Made by a program: the position numbers and the translations under genes. A stretch of DNA of 64,000 nucleotides, from positions 202,990,001 through 203,054,000 of the forward strand of contig NC_058368.1 of NCBI RefSeq assembly GCF_018350175.1, given 5' to 3'. Numbering within the stretch: position 1 is the first letter of the stretch; every line of letters begins with the position of its first letter. The DNA comes from Felis catus. Its lineage: Eukaryota. The notes beneath the pieces are model-generated. The model was given only the letters and a program-made list of their open reading frames with translations. It was not told the origin of the DNA and ran no database searches. This document shows, piece after piece, positions 13,012 through 25,424 of the stretch.

Positions 13012-13233
13012 AAAATTTTTTTTTCAACGTTTTTTATTTATTTTGGGGACAGAGAGAGACAGAGCATGAACGGGGGAGGGGCAGAGAGAGAGAGGGAGAC
13101 ACAGAATCGGAAACAGGCTCCAGGCTCCGAGCCATCAGCCCAGAGCCTGATGCGGGGCTCGAACATCACGGACCGCGAGATCGTGACCTGGCTGAAGTCG
13201 GACGCTTAACCGACTGCGCCACCCAGGCGCTCC
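13012..13233 (-). mobile_element. Young Can-SINE (SINEC_Fc, CpG-rich variant)
   Basis: Antisense SINE with GCCATCAGCCCAG and GACCTGGCTGAAG variants; imperfect TSD AAGTCAC(C)TTTAAA. Confidence 0.97.
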
Positions 13234-15969
13234 TTCAAGAAGTCACCTTTAAACATATGAATAACAGAGAATGGTAATTTAAACTTGCCTGGTGGATTAC
13301 ATTGGTCATGTCTGAAAGTATCTTATAAAAGGGTCATGCCTTTTACTAAAAAATGAAATGCCAGAGAAATAGTTGTCTCCATGTGTGGCAACGCGGAATC
13401 TTTTCTTGTAGTTCATTACATCCTGTCCTGAAAATACAAACCGATACACTATTTTCCCATTCAATCTTTTGCCCTTCGAGAGACCAACTGACTAGAGAAG
13501 GATGCTATCCTCCAAAGATTATAAATAAGAAAGTGGGAATGATAACCAGGATACAGCTTGAGAAAGAAGGGGCAGGAAGTTTACAAGAGGCTCTTGGTGC
13601 CCCCTACTGTTAAATCTCCCTGGGTTTTTGTTATTTGGTTTTTTTTTACAGGTGTTTTACCAAGGTATTCTAAAGTTTGAAGCAACTCAACTGTTTTCAA
13701 ATGATCCTTAACATTCGGTTGCTTCAAGATGCACATACACACAATTCCTCTAAAAAAGAAAAACCTTAAACCCTAATGATGCACAATTTAGTTGTTTCAC
13801 TAGAGTGAAGCCAAAGTACAAAAGAGAGCAGATAATACATCTAGCAAAGGGAATTTAATTCTGTATTTAAATATGTTCATTAATTGAAGCAGATAATCAG
13901 AATATGTATATTTGAGCCAGGTGTTTAAGCCTAAGTAACTAACTCAAGCAATGTAATGATTGAATCTAGTTAAATTCCTTACCTAGGCTATTTTTTATGG
14001 AAATGCTGACATCCTTAATACAGAGATCTGAACACTTCTATTCTAATCGTATACATAGCCTGCAGACAAGTCTCACTAAAATGTGCTGAGTTAACTTCTC
14101 AGGTTTGGGCTTTTATTTCACAAGGCCAAGATGTTAAATTCATGACCTTCAAACATTCTAAATGTTTGTAGATAACCACTGAATTAAACTAGTTTCACTT
14201 TATAGTTACCAATAGCATAAAAAACGTCTCAAAGTTATAGAAATTGTAAATTACTTTTGTAGTTTATCAAAAAATATTTGGTATTTTTGCTGATTAACCT
14301 TCATCTTTGAAGGAAAGCGGCAGGTGAAAATTTTAATCTGTCTCAGAACTTTTATAACTAGCTTAAATAGAACAAAAATAGGTCATCACATAGAAATACT
14401 TAAGTGTCTTCATTTTGCATAATGTTTCTATCAATGTGATTGTATTAGAAAGCACTTTTATGTTTCGAAAAGAAAACCATGTCTGATGTAAAGTTGGTCT
14501 TAACAAACCTTGAGTTTGTTTTATCTTTATTTTGATATAGCCCTACCAAAATTCTGGGAAAATATATTTCTATTGGTTTTTAAAGTCTGTTTTCGTAATC
14601 TAGTAACTATTCCCAATAAGGATCATTCTCAAGTTTTCTGTACTTTAAATTTCACCCTTAGAATTGGAGGAAGGAAATGGTAAGCTGTCATTCAGAGAAT
14701 TAGGCAATTAATTTGCATTCATTATACACCCAAGCCATACTATATTTCTTCCCATTAATTCCCAGGACAGTTACTCACAGTATTCATAGTACTCATACTT
14801 ACTCTTCATGTTGACTCCTCCCCAAAACTCATTCTTAGGTGGCATCTAATGATTTTTTAATCCAGTCCCTCTATATCCCTTAATTCAAATGCCAAAGAGT
14901 TTAAAGTAGTGAGTATATTTGTTGAGCTATTCCTGGATGATGAGATTAGTAAAGAATGACAGTTTCTTCCAAAAACAGACACTGAAGTAATTAGCATAGC
15001 TGAAAACACCTTTGGTAAGAATGTTGGCATTTATGCTAGAAAGAGCTGTCAAAAGTAGGTGCTTAGAACCCTAAGGGTAAGAGACCAATTATATTTTTTA
15101 ATTGCTGGTTTATATATCTAACGTTTTGTCTATGGAATCAAACAGGTATCATGATGATCAGCTGTGCATGTTACTGACATGATTTTATGTGATAACTTCT
15201 AAAATAAGATATCTTAAAACATTTTCACAGTCAATGGGATCTACTTGGGCTTATTTTTAGGGATATTTCATGGCAAAAATAAAATGAATGTCAATAAAAT
15301 AAAATAATAAGTTGAAACTTTTTAATGAATTAAAGCCATAGCAAATAGTATGGAATGAAAGCAGACAGCAGGTACAATGCCTTTAATCCTAACACGATAT
15401 AAGAACTAGAGGTTCCTGTAGAATAGGAAGGAGTCCACAATTTAAATACATGTACAAAATTCTACAATTTTTGTTCTGTTTTGCTTTTTTCCCTGAAAAC
15501 CTTTCTACAGAGCACAGCAAGGCAAATAAAGAAGTAATCCTTACTCCCAAGACGACACACGAACACTATTACACAAATTGAAGCACAAAGTACTTAATCA
15601 GGACGTTGAATTACAGTCATAAGTATGAAACTCCATAGCAGTAAGAAAATATGAAGTTTTTTAAAAATCATAAAACCCAAAACAAGTTATCTCTAGTTTA
15701 AGTTTGGAGACCCTTTCACCATTATCTACTCATATTGAATAAGCACATTTGAAAACTGAGTTTCACTGAAAAACATAATCACATAGTTTCTGCCCTTCAT
15801 GCAGCTTTTGCCCAAGCTGTGGATGTTCATCCACATCACGAACAGGAAAAACATGAAGAATTTCCTGTGCATAGGTAATTAGGTCAATTCAGCACTTGAC
15901 TCAATTGCTTGCGGATGAGTGTGAAGGCTCTGAAATAGGACTCTGAAATAGTCTTCTGTAGCCAGAATA

Positions 15970-16179
15970 TTTTTTTAATTTATTTATTTATTTTGAGAGA
16001 CACAGAGAACATGAGCAGGGATGGAGCAGAGAGAGAGAGGGAGAAAAAGAAAATCCCAAGCAGGCTCTGCCCTGTCAGCACAGATCCTGGTGTGGTGCTC
16101 AACTCATGAACCATGAGACCATGACCTGAAACAAAGCCATGAGTCAAAAGCTTAACCGACTGAGCCACCCAGGCGCCCC
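15970..16179 (-). mobile_element. Can-SINE (older type)
   Basis: Antisense SINE ending CCACCCAGGCGCCCC; TSD core GCCAGAAT. Confidence 0.95.
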
Positions 16180-17789
16180 TGGCCAGAATCTCTAACTTAG
16201 ACTTGACTCTTCATTGTTATCTCATATTTTTCCCAGTCTGGATCTTTGGACTCTGATCTTGCTACTTTTCTGGACCTCCAGTTGCTAATTCCTATAGTTT
16301 GCCTGCCTTACCTCAATGATTGTTCTTGACAACTCAGTCCAGATTAATCTTACTCTGAATTAACATGAACAGAGCAGATCTACATATCCCAAAGCAAAAA
16401 ATACATATATTACCTATTAATTCTCTATTTTTAATTTTCATGCATTATGTAGTGGTCACAGCCCAAATGATAGAAAACGACATAGTGTCAAGCTGGGATT
16501 CAAAAGATTAGCCAGAGGAATTCTGGGTCTATCCCTGAAACACAAAAAGTCAAGGAAGCACAACTTTCTTATCCATACCAAATTTTGTTTTGAGTACTGG
16601 GTGAAACACAAATTATGAGTTTTACTTAGTGTTTTCTACAATTGTGGGAAAATAGTAAGGCCTCAATAAATGAATAACAGACAATAGAGAAGGGGAGGAA
16701 AAGAAAGAAATGAGGACAGTAGGAAGGAAGAAAGGAGGTTCTTGTGAACTGACCTAGGTCTAATTGGAGAAGCAGCAAGAGACATGCTCTTTCGATAACT
16801 GGGGCTGCTCTCTGGCCATATACAACCCTTATCCACAAACTGCCCACCAAGGGACATGAGGCATGCAAGCAGGAGTTAAACCAAATACTGTTGAATCACA
16901 AATATTTATTAGCAAGCATGCAAAATAAGATTAAATAAAATACAAATAGATATAATCTGCTTCAGTAAGGTCTGGAAAACTCCTCTTTGTCCTGAGATAA
17001 GCCTCTTGCCTCAGAAATTTATTCTGAGGCAGACGCAACAATCTCTAGTAGGGCGTATTTTCACCTGAGTCAGACAAGAGTCGACCACAAGCTCTACAAT
17101 GTGCTTGACTTACAAGTCTTGTTTATGCATGGGGTAGCATCTATACAGTCTTGCTAGGTAACCACATGTCTAACCACTCATTTTCATCAAGGAAATTTTT
17201 TTCTAACATTTCTAATGCTACTTAATAAACCCCTTGATATAGATTTCGATACTTCTCTTTGAATGTTCCCAAAGTATGGAATCTTGATTAGTGTGGTTCA
17301 AATACTTAATCACTGCCCTTAAAGAGCAAGTTTATACTCTACCCCATGGTCCAAACACACACTTCTGCTACAATGTTTATAGAGAAATATTTCAAAGTAA
17401 ATTATCATATAGAAAGTAACATAGGAAGAAGGTAAGGAAGGAAGAGAAAAAAAAACCTTCCACCTCTTCCCTGATGTATTCAGTATTCCACTGGTGCGTG
17501 ATTACTTGTCCAAATTTTTTTTTTTTTGCCATGACTTTGGACAGTCTTTCTACAGGGAATTTTTTTTTTACCACCCACTTCCCAAAATCTTATACTAATT
17601 TAGCCACACAAAATTCTTATTGCCTTTCACATAAATTGTCAGATACTTTGAAACTTCAGGTCAAGTCAATTACTTCCTTTACTCCTTTCCCACTCCCCAC
17701 CAAATTTTGTTTATCTATTTCTCAACAAGCATATATCTCTGTGTGTGCATATGTGCATGTGTGTACATTTTAGATTAAGTTATTGCTGT

Positions 17790-17910
17790 GTCTATGTTCC
17801 CTGGTATATTCAGAGCCAGAGAATATACTTAGTTCTTTGGAATTCCTGAATCCTAGTAAAGGGCCTGTAATGTAATTTTTTTCAGTAAGTGTTTGATTAA
17901 TTGAATTGAA
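17790..17910 (+). mobile_element. L2 3' end fragment
   Basis: CAGTAAGTGTTTGATTAATTGAATTGA resembles the L2 tail. Confidence 0.5.
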
Positions 17911-18689
17911 TTTTGTATTGAAAATGTCTTCTCTGCTATGCCTCCCTACTATATCAATTTAAAACACAACTTGCCATTTAAGTATGAAGTAAACTATTAG
18001 GTAAGAAGGAAACACAGATGAGTAGAAGGAGAATTTATGTTCAAATGGTTGCAGCAGAGAGTTTGAGAAGCATTTCAAAGTGATAAGAGAAAATGAAGCC
18101 AACAGTTTAAAGTGACAATTGGTAAGAACAAATTGCCTTTTGGAATCCAAGTTAAAAAACCTTCTCCAAAACGTCTATTTAACTAAGTGGCAAGTTAATT
18201 TCTTGGAACATTTTCCAGCTTTTAAAATTTATGTGTAATAATTTAATTCATATTTTTCACTGAAGCATTTCTTTTTTATTCCCCCAAATCTTAGACATTT
18301 TAATTGTTAACTATTTTCAAGTTCAAGGTGTGAAGCTATCAGGACTCTATACTTAGAATTCCTGGTAGTCACCAAAGACAGTGAAGAAATTTTTTTTTTT
18401 AATTTTATACGTGATAGAACATTAGAGTCAAGGCCATGTTTTTGATCTGCTGACACTTCCTGACACTTATTCACAGAATACTGTTATGATCCTTTGGGTT
18501 TAAGGCAAAACAAAACAAAACAAAATACATGTTTCCTCCAAAGCAAAATTGATGGTTGTCCCTGCAAATGTGATACCAAATTACTATTTTACTAACCTGG
18601 ATGCAATTTTGGAGAGTTTGATATCAGCAAGTTATAAATTGCAGACAATTTGAAAAGATCCATAACACACCCTTTCTGTCACTCTTACT

Positions 18690-19114
18690 GCAGCAATTCA
18701 CAGTCCCCACTGTGCCAAACATGCTCCTGGGAGCTTTTAAATTCTTGTTTAAAATTTTTTTTTTAAATTTATGTTTATTTATTTTTGAGAGAGAGAGAGG
18801 CAGAGTACAACTGGGGGAGGGCAGAGAGAGAGAGAGGGAGACACAGAATCCTAAGCAGGCTCCAGGCTCTGAGCTGTCAGCACAGAGCTCCATGAAGGGT
18901 TCGAACCCATGAACCATGAGATCATGACCTGAGCCAAAGTTGGATCCTTAACCTACTGAGCCACCCAGGACTCCTCCTGGGAACTTTTAAAAAACAGAGA
19001 TGTCCAGCCTCCATCTCCATAAAATCTCACTGGATTTGTCCAGGGAGAGGCCCAGAATTTAGTAGTCTCATAAAGCATCTTTTTTTTCTAATATTGCCAA
19101 ATTGGAGAACCACC
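18690..19114. mobile_element. MER5-like hAT element interrupted by a SINE
   Basis: CCTGGGAGCTTTTAAAAA...CAGAGATGTCCAGCC...TTGGAGAACCAC. Confidence 0.6.
18742..18974 (-). mobile_element. Can-SINE
   Basis: Antisense SINE; 17-bp TSD TCCTGGGA(G/A)CTTTTAAA at 18725-18741 and 18975-18991. Confidence 0.96.
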
Positions 19115-20030
19115 ATCCCTAAGATTGATGCCACAATTGCAATATTCCAGCACTATATTTGACCTCAATAGCCTTTAGAAGATTTTGCTAATACATTTAT
19201 ACCTTATCTTTTCAAGGAAGTAACAGCCTTCTACTAAAAACAATACGTAGAAAATTACTACTTATATTTATTCTTTATTCATATACTAAAAATACTATTT
19301 TATTGAAAGGTATTGAGACAGTGAAATAATAGAAGGTAAAAAAGGTTATTATTTATCTTGGAGCTCTCAAAGCTCTGTCTCTTACAATCTGATATTAATC
19401 AGTTACCAATTAGTACAAATTTTCAGTTAAAGAATTATCTGGTAATGACCATATTTAGAATTAAAAATGTGGCAGGAAAAATTATATTTACCAAACAAGA
19501 GAATACTATATCAATATGATCTTTATTAACAAGTTGAAAACAGAGAATTGTAGAGTCACTAGGAATCTTTGGGAGAAAAAGAACTTTTAGCAAATATACA
19601 GATAAGGAAAAAAAGCACAAACTTCAATTAACCAAGAATTAAGTGGCTGGAATCCTTACTAGAATAGTGTTATTGCAATACTTAGTTTTAGAACAAATAA
19701 ATTAATCAAGAGTCAGTACAAATATCCAACAGAATCTCTCTGGTCATAGTAGGCTAGGTTTACCTTAAACAAAATGGGACATAAGTGACGTTTGTCCTTA
19801 TGCCCATCTTTCCCCACTTTGAGACCTTCATGAGGCCCCTTGACTGACATGTATCCATCATCATATGCCTACAATCTTACCATTATCCATTCTACTATAA
19901 GAATATTCCAGTTTTGTGTTCTGCTCATATATTTGCTCTTTATATTCAGTGGAAACCAACTAATATGTGCTCAGGCTTCCATGGTTAATAAAGAACAACC
20001 TTACCTTCTATCAAGTGGATTTGCATTTAA

Positions 20031-20247
20031 ATATATTTTTTAATGTTTATTTATTTTTGAGAGAGGGAGAGAGACAGAGCATGAGTGGGGAGGGGCAGAG
20101 AGAGAAAGAGACACAGAATCTGAAGCAGGCTCCAGGCTCTGAACTGTCAGCACTGAGCCCTACATGGGGCTCAAACTCATGAACCACGAGATCATGACCT
20201 GAGCCCCATGTGCTGAAGTCAGAAGCTTAAGCGACTGAGACACCCAG
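20031..20247 (-). mobile_element. Can-SINE, slightly 5'-truncated, with a 9-nt internal insertion
   Basis: Antisense SINE; TSD GA(T/C)TTGCATTT. Confidence 0.95.
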
Positions 20248-22454
20248 CAGACTTGCATTTTAACAAGATGAACAGGTTCAGAATTCAGGTCACAGAGCCT
20301 TTATTCTTTTGAGAGTGGGATGCAAGTGAAAAGAGAAACTGCCTGCTTCAAGCATTCTACTTAGGCAGGTGCCTACTTCATCAACTCCTCTTAGCTATGG
20401 TCCTCTAGGTATTAGGTAAATGCTTAAAAATAAATAAAAGGGATGTTTTATAAATTTAATTAATCAATAAAAATGTCAAATATAGGTAAAGTTAAGTAAA
20501 ATACCTTATACTATAGAATGTGAAATGGATTGATAGCAATGCTCTTCAAGCATTTATACATTCGCATTGTTTTGTAAAGAATAACATTTGCCCAAGGCCT
20601 CCATCCGTTGTTAGATTTAAACAGTGCAAGTAGAGTAAGAAGTTTGATATTGAATATGACTTATTTGTAGAAGCAACTTCATATTTATTTATTTTTTAAG
20701 CAACTTCATATTTAAATATAAAATGTGAGAAAAGTTCTGTGCTCAGCATTAGCCATTAAGAAGTTGTCTGAAATGTAGTGTTTTTTTTAAACTACCAATT
20801 AACTCAACACCTGTCATCAATTAGAAAAGGTTTAGCTACAGTTTCAAACAGATTTCTTTCTCTTTTACATTAGAATAATTTATCTCTAGTAAGGCTGGCA
20901 GACTCCATTTATATTAGATTCATTCAAGACAATTTGTGACTGCAAGTCTTTGTTGAAAGTCAATTCTATTAAAAATTAATCAACAAATTAGTGAAATTAG
21001 TTACATGTACAAATGATTGCAAGCAAATAATATTCATTGTTGCTATACTTGATCAATCCTAGATTTGAATAATTAATAGCTCTTCCTCAAGATATTCTGA
21101 TTATATAAATGTACCATGTTGGATCACATTTATATGAATTGCTTTCTTCATAATGATGTTCTCTATTTAGCTAATAAAATTTAGAGTTCATTTTTATAAT
21201 ATACCAAAATTTTATTAAAATAATTTATTTCTATTAAATTCTTAAGAAGTAAAAATGGATGAAATATACTGTAATTTGAAGATACATAGAGTTGATCAAT
21301 AATACTTAAGTACTAGATGCAATGGTTTAAGATCTATCAAAATGAAAATCAGAAATACTTAAAAATGGAAATGACCATCAGTATTTTTAAGGTTTTGGTG
21401 TTAGTATTCACAATCACAAAATGTATCATTTTCATAAACACTGAAAAGTGTTAATAGAATTGAAGGCAATTTAATAAGCTTGGGCATTTTATGAATAAAT
21501 TATAACACTGATTTGAATATGATTTTTAAGTAGGCTGTTTTTTTACCTCAGCACCTGTCATTATTTTTCATTTCTCAGTATCTCAGAAAGTGGATTCCAC
21601 TTTGGAAATTAAAATAGTTTATGCTAGGAATTCATTACTCTGCTTTTTCTTTCCTGTAATAGCATTTATAATAGAAACATTTTACCCGACTCAAAGATCT
21701 CTATAAACTGAAAACACATTGACCTGAAAATGCTGTTGGCAAGTGTATATTTGTCTCTCTACCCACTGAATTACAGTACTCTTTCCTCCTCTAATTGCCA
21801 TGTGTCCTTGTTCTGTTCCCTTTCTGCTCAGAGAGTCCATGGAATCACCTTTATGATCATGCGTCTCCTTGTGTGCACCTATGTTCTATTGAGAATATCC
21901 CCACACGACCCCACCAAGAGTCCCCTAACTTCTGCTTAATTCAATAGATATGATAAATACTCCAATGGAGTGTGATAATGGTGCTAGTAGGTGTGTTAAT
22001 ATATATATTTAAACTTCTGTTGGCCAGAGACAGTGCTATCAAAAAATAGTGTCTCTCATGTTGGAATTTCTATGTAACGTTGTGTTAACCAAACCTTCCA
22101 ATGGTTATCCCACTTCACAAAATCTTGTATCCTTGCTTAAACCACCTACACATAGGACTACCAGTCATGTATACTTTAGATTCCTAAATCTAAAGAGTGT
22201 CTAGAGTATTCATAAACCAAACCTTGCTTTTTTGCTCCACATCTGCCATGATTCTGCTCATCTCCCTTACTCTCTACCTATCTTTCAAAATTTAGCTCAA
22301 GGCTTAGTTTTTTCCATGATTCCTAAGACGAACCTAGAAAACAGTAGGTTTATCTTCCATGAAAAACAAACAATGCCAACTGGACAAGTATTGGGTTCTT
22401 GACATAAATTGCTGCTCAATTATAATTCTAGGGCACAGTGGTTGTGGTTCTTAT

Positions 22455-22910
22455 TTTTTAAGTTTTTGTTTAAATTCCAGTTAGCATACAGTGTAATATT
22501 AGTTTCAGATGTACAGTATAGAGATTCAATACTTTCAATACCCAGTGCTCATCATAAGTGCACCCCTTCATCCCTATCACCTATTTAACCTGTCCCTCCA
22601 CCAACCTCCCTCCTGATAACCATCAGTTTGTTCTATGTAGTTAAGAGTCTGTTTCTTGGATTGCCCCTCTTTCTTTTTTCCCCTTTACTGGTTTGTTTTT
22701 TTTCTTAAATTCCACATATGAAGGAAATCATATGGTATTTGTCTTTCTCTGACTGACTCATTTTGCTTAGCGTGATATTCTCTAGTTCCATCCATGTCTT
22801 CACAAATGGCAAGATTTTATTCTTTTTTATGGTTAAATAATATTCCATTTTCTGTGTGTATATTGTATATTGCATGTATATGTGTGTGTGTATATATGTA
22901 CAATGCCTCT
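22455..22910 (-). mobile_element. Carnivore L1 3' end
   Basis: T-rich tail at left, 3'UTR, and ORF2 end (KILPFVKTWMELENITLSKMSQSEKDKYHM in ORF 22705). Confidence 0.92.
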
Positions 22911-22926
22911 TCATGTTTCTGCCCAC

Positions 22927-23122
22927 TTTTAATAGAGAATAAACATCCCAGAGGGGATGTAGGGTGGGAGATGGGTTAAATAGGTGATGGTGATTATGGA
23001 GTGCACTAATCAGGATGACCACCAGTGTTGTATGGGAGTGCTGAATCACTATATTGTATACCTGAAATGAATAGTACACTGTGTGTTCACTAACCGGAAT
23101 TTAAATAAAAACTTTTAAAAAA
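22927..23122 (+). mobile_element. Carnivore L1 3'UTR end, opposite orientation
   Basis: GATGGGTTAAATAGGTGATGG...GAATCACTATATTGTATACCTGAAA...GGAATTTAAATAAAAAC. Confidence 0.9.
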
Positions 23123-23208
23123 TACTGATGTTTTCCTGGTTATAAAAATAGAATGTATAAAAAGCATAAATATAAAAGTAGAAATCAGCCATATCTGACA
23201 TTCTTAAG

Positions 23209-23518
23209 ATGTGCTGCCCAATATGGTAGCTAATAGCCACATGTGTCTACTGAGCACTTGAAATGTGGCCAGTCTGAAATGAGTTGTGCTATAAATGCAA
23301 AATACACACCAAATTTCAAGGACTTAGTATGAAAAATGGAAAATATCTCATTAATTTTTATATTGATTATATACCATAATGGTAATATTTTGAACATATG
23401 TGGTTAAAGTATATTATTAAAATTAATTTCACTTGTTTTTTTTTACAATTTTAATGTAGATATTATACAAATAAAAATCAATGCATGGCTTGCACCATAC
23501 TCCTACTGGACAGCACTG
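23209..23518. mobile_element. MER33 hAT-Charlie element inside an old L1ME-like segment
   Basis: GTGCTGCCCAATATGGTAGC...GCCACATGTG...CACTTGAAATGTGGC...TGGACAGCACTG with inverted termini. Confidence 0.85.
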
Positions 23519-23690
23519 ATCTATAGAATATATGCCAAGTCTTTTTCCTATGCATTTATATAAATTAAAATTGTGATTGTATCATAATCACTGTTTTCTA
23601 ACCTGCGTTTTCATTTAATAGAACATCAAGAACATTTTCTAATGCTGTTAAATATTTTTATAGTACATCATTTTAAACTACTAAATAGTC

Positions 23691-23903
23691 GGGGCGCCTG
23701 GGTGGCTCAGTCGGTTAAGCGTCCAACTTCAGCCAGGTCACGATCTCGCGGTCCGTGAGTTCCAGCCCCGCATCAAGCTCTGGGCTGATGGCTCAGAGCC
23801 TGGAGCCTGCTTCCGATTCTGTGTCTCCCTCTCTCTCTGCCCCTCTCCAGTTCATGCTCTGTCTCTCTCTGTCCCAAAAATAAATAAACGTTAAAAAAAA
23901 ATT
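23691..23903 (+). mobile_element. Young Can-SINE (SINEC_Fc)
   Basis: Full sense SINE; perfect TSD AAACTACTAAATAGT at 23675-23689 and 23904-23918. Confidence 0.97.
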
Positions 23904-24239
23904 AAACTACTAAATAGTGAGAAGAGGGACTCATGTGTGGTTCTGTTGTGGGCGGTGGGGAAAATGTGTTTTCTGCTTCTACGTAAAAACTGGAACACAA
24001 AAGGAGGCCTGGGAAGCAGAGCAGAGGACAAACACCAAGAGGATTAATATCCATGGAAAGTCTCTATTTCTGGAAGATTTCAGTGTTCTGGGAGCCCAAT
24101 AAGTGTTTCTGATGAATGGCAACCTTTGCTTGCCATGCTTGCCTCTCACTAGCTTACAGTCTATTTACCATGTAATACCACAGAAAATCTTTTCAATCTA
24201 CTCAAAACCTTTTGATGGCCTTCCATAACACTTAAAGGA

Positions 24240-24820
24240 CGGAAGTTTATTATAGTGATTATCACCTAGGTGAAAAGGAAGATTTCAGATAAACAACCTT
24301 ACTTTATACTTCGAGGAACTAGGGGAAAAAATGAATAAACTAAACCCAAAATTAGCAAAAGGAAAGAAATTATAAGTATCAGAGCAGAAATAAATCAGTA
24401 AAGAATAGAAAACAAACAAAAAATCAACAAAATTAAGAGTCAACCAATTTAGCTAGACTAACTATACTAACTATTGAGAAGGATCAAATAAAAGCCAGAA
24501 ATGAAAGAGGAAATGTTATAATGAATGCCTCAGAAATAAAAAGGACTTTAAGAGACTATTAAGAACAATTATATGCCAATAAATTAGATAACCTAGAAGA
24601 AATGGATGAATTGCTAGAAACATACCTACCACCATTGAATAAGAAAGACGTAGAAAGTTGGAACAGACCAATAATAAATAGTGAGATTGGAGTAGAATTT
24701 TAAAATTCCCTACCAAAAAAAAAAAAAAAGTCCAGGACCAAATGACTTTGCAACTGAAATCTATCAAACATTTAAAAAGGAATTAATACCAATACTTTTA
24801 AAATTCTTCCAAAATAAAGA
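24240..24820 (+). mobile_element. Old L1 ORF2 fragment
   Basis: ATATGCCAATAAATTAGATAACCTAGAAGAAATGGATGAATTGCTAGAAAC and neighbouring ORF2 motifs. Confidence 0.9.
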
Positions 24821-25196
24821 AGATGTGGTATATATATATATATACAATAGAATACTATTCAGCAATCAGAATGAAATCTTGCCATTTGTAACAATGTAGA
24901 TGGAACTAGAGCGTATTATACTAAGTGAAATAAGTCAGTCAGAGAAAGACAACTACCATATTATTTCACCCATATGTGGACTTTAAGAAACACAATAGAT
25001 GAACATATGGGAAGGGAAGGAAAAGTAAGATAAAAACCAAGAGGGAGGCAAACCATAGAGACTCTTAAATACAGAGAAGAAACTAAGGGTTGCTTGGGGG
25101 AGGGTGGCTGGGGGGTTGGGCTAGATAGGTGATGGGCATTAAGGAGGGCAATTGTTAGAATGAGTGCTGGGTGTTATACATAAGTGATGAATCACT
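24818..25196 (+). mobile_element. Carnivore L1 3' segment, lacking the tail
   Basis: GAAGATGTGGTATATA...GAAATCTTGCCATTTG...AAGTCAGTCAGAGAAAGAC...GATGAATCACT. Confidence 0.88.
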
Positions 25197-25385
25197 GGCT
25201 GTTTTCCCAATACCCATTTATTTGAAGAGACTGTCTTTTTTCCATTGGATATTCTTTCCTACTTTGTTGAAGATTAGTTGACTATATAGTTGTGGGTCCA
25301 TTTCTTGGCTTTCTGTTCTCTTCCATTGATCTATATTTTCTTTTTCGTGCCAATACCATACTGTCTTAATGACTTCAGCTGCAAT
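25197..25385 (-). mobile_element. L1 ORF2 fragment, inverted relative to its neighbour
   Basis: ORF 25218 contains VIKTVWYW...IDQW...QLIF...KNIQWKKDSLF. Confidence 0.9.
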
Positions 25386-25424
25386 TGGATTTTTGAAATG
25401 TTTAGTTCTCTGTTCAAATCCTGC

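Noticed and set aside
13651..13663. Possible 13-nt micro-exon after a T-rich acceptor
   Set aside because: Donor AAG|GTATTC is weak; such matches are common in AT-rich DNA
908..20247. First six SINEs all on the - strand
   Set aside because: Overall split is 14 minus to 11 plus; a run of six is not convincing evidence of strand bias
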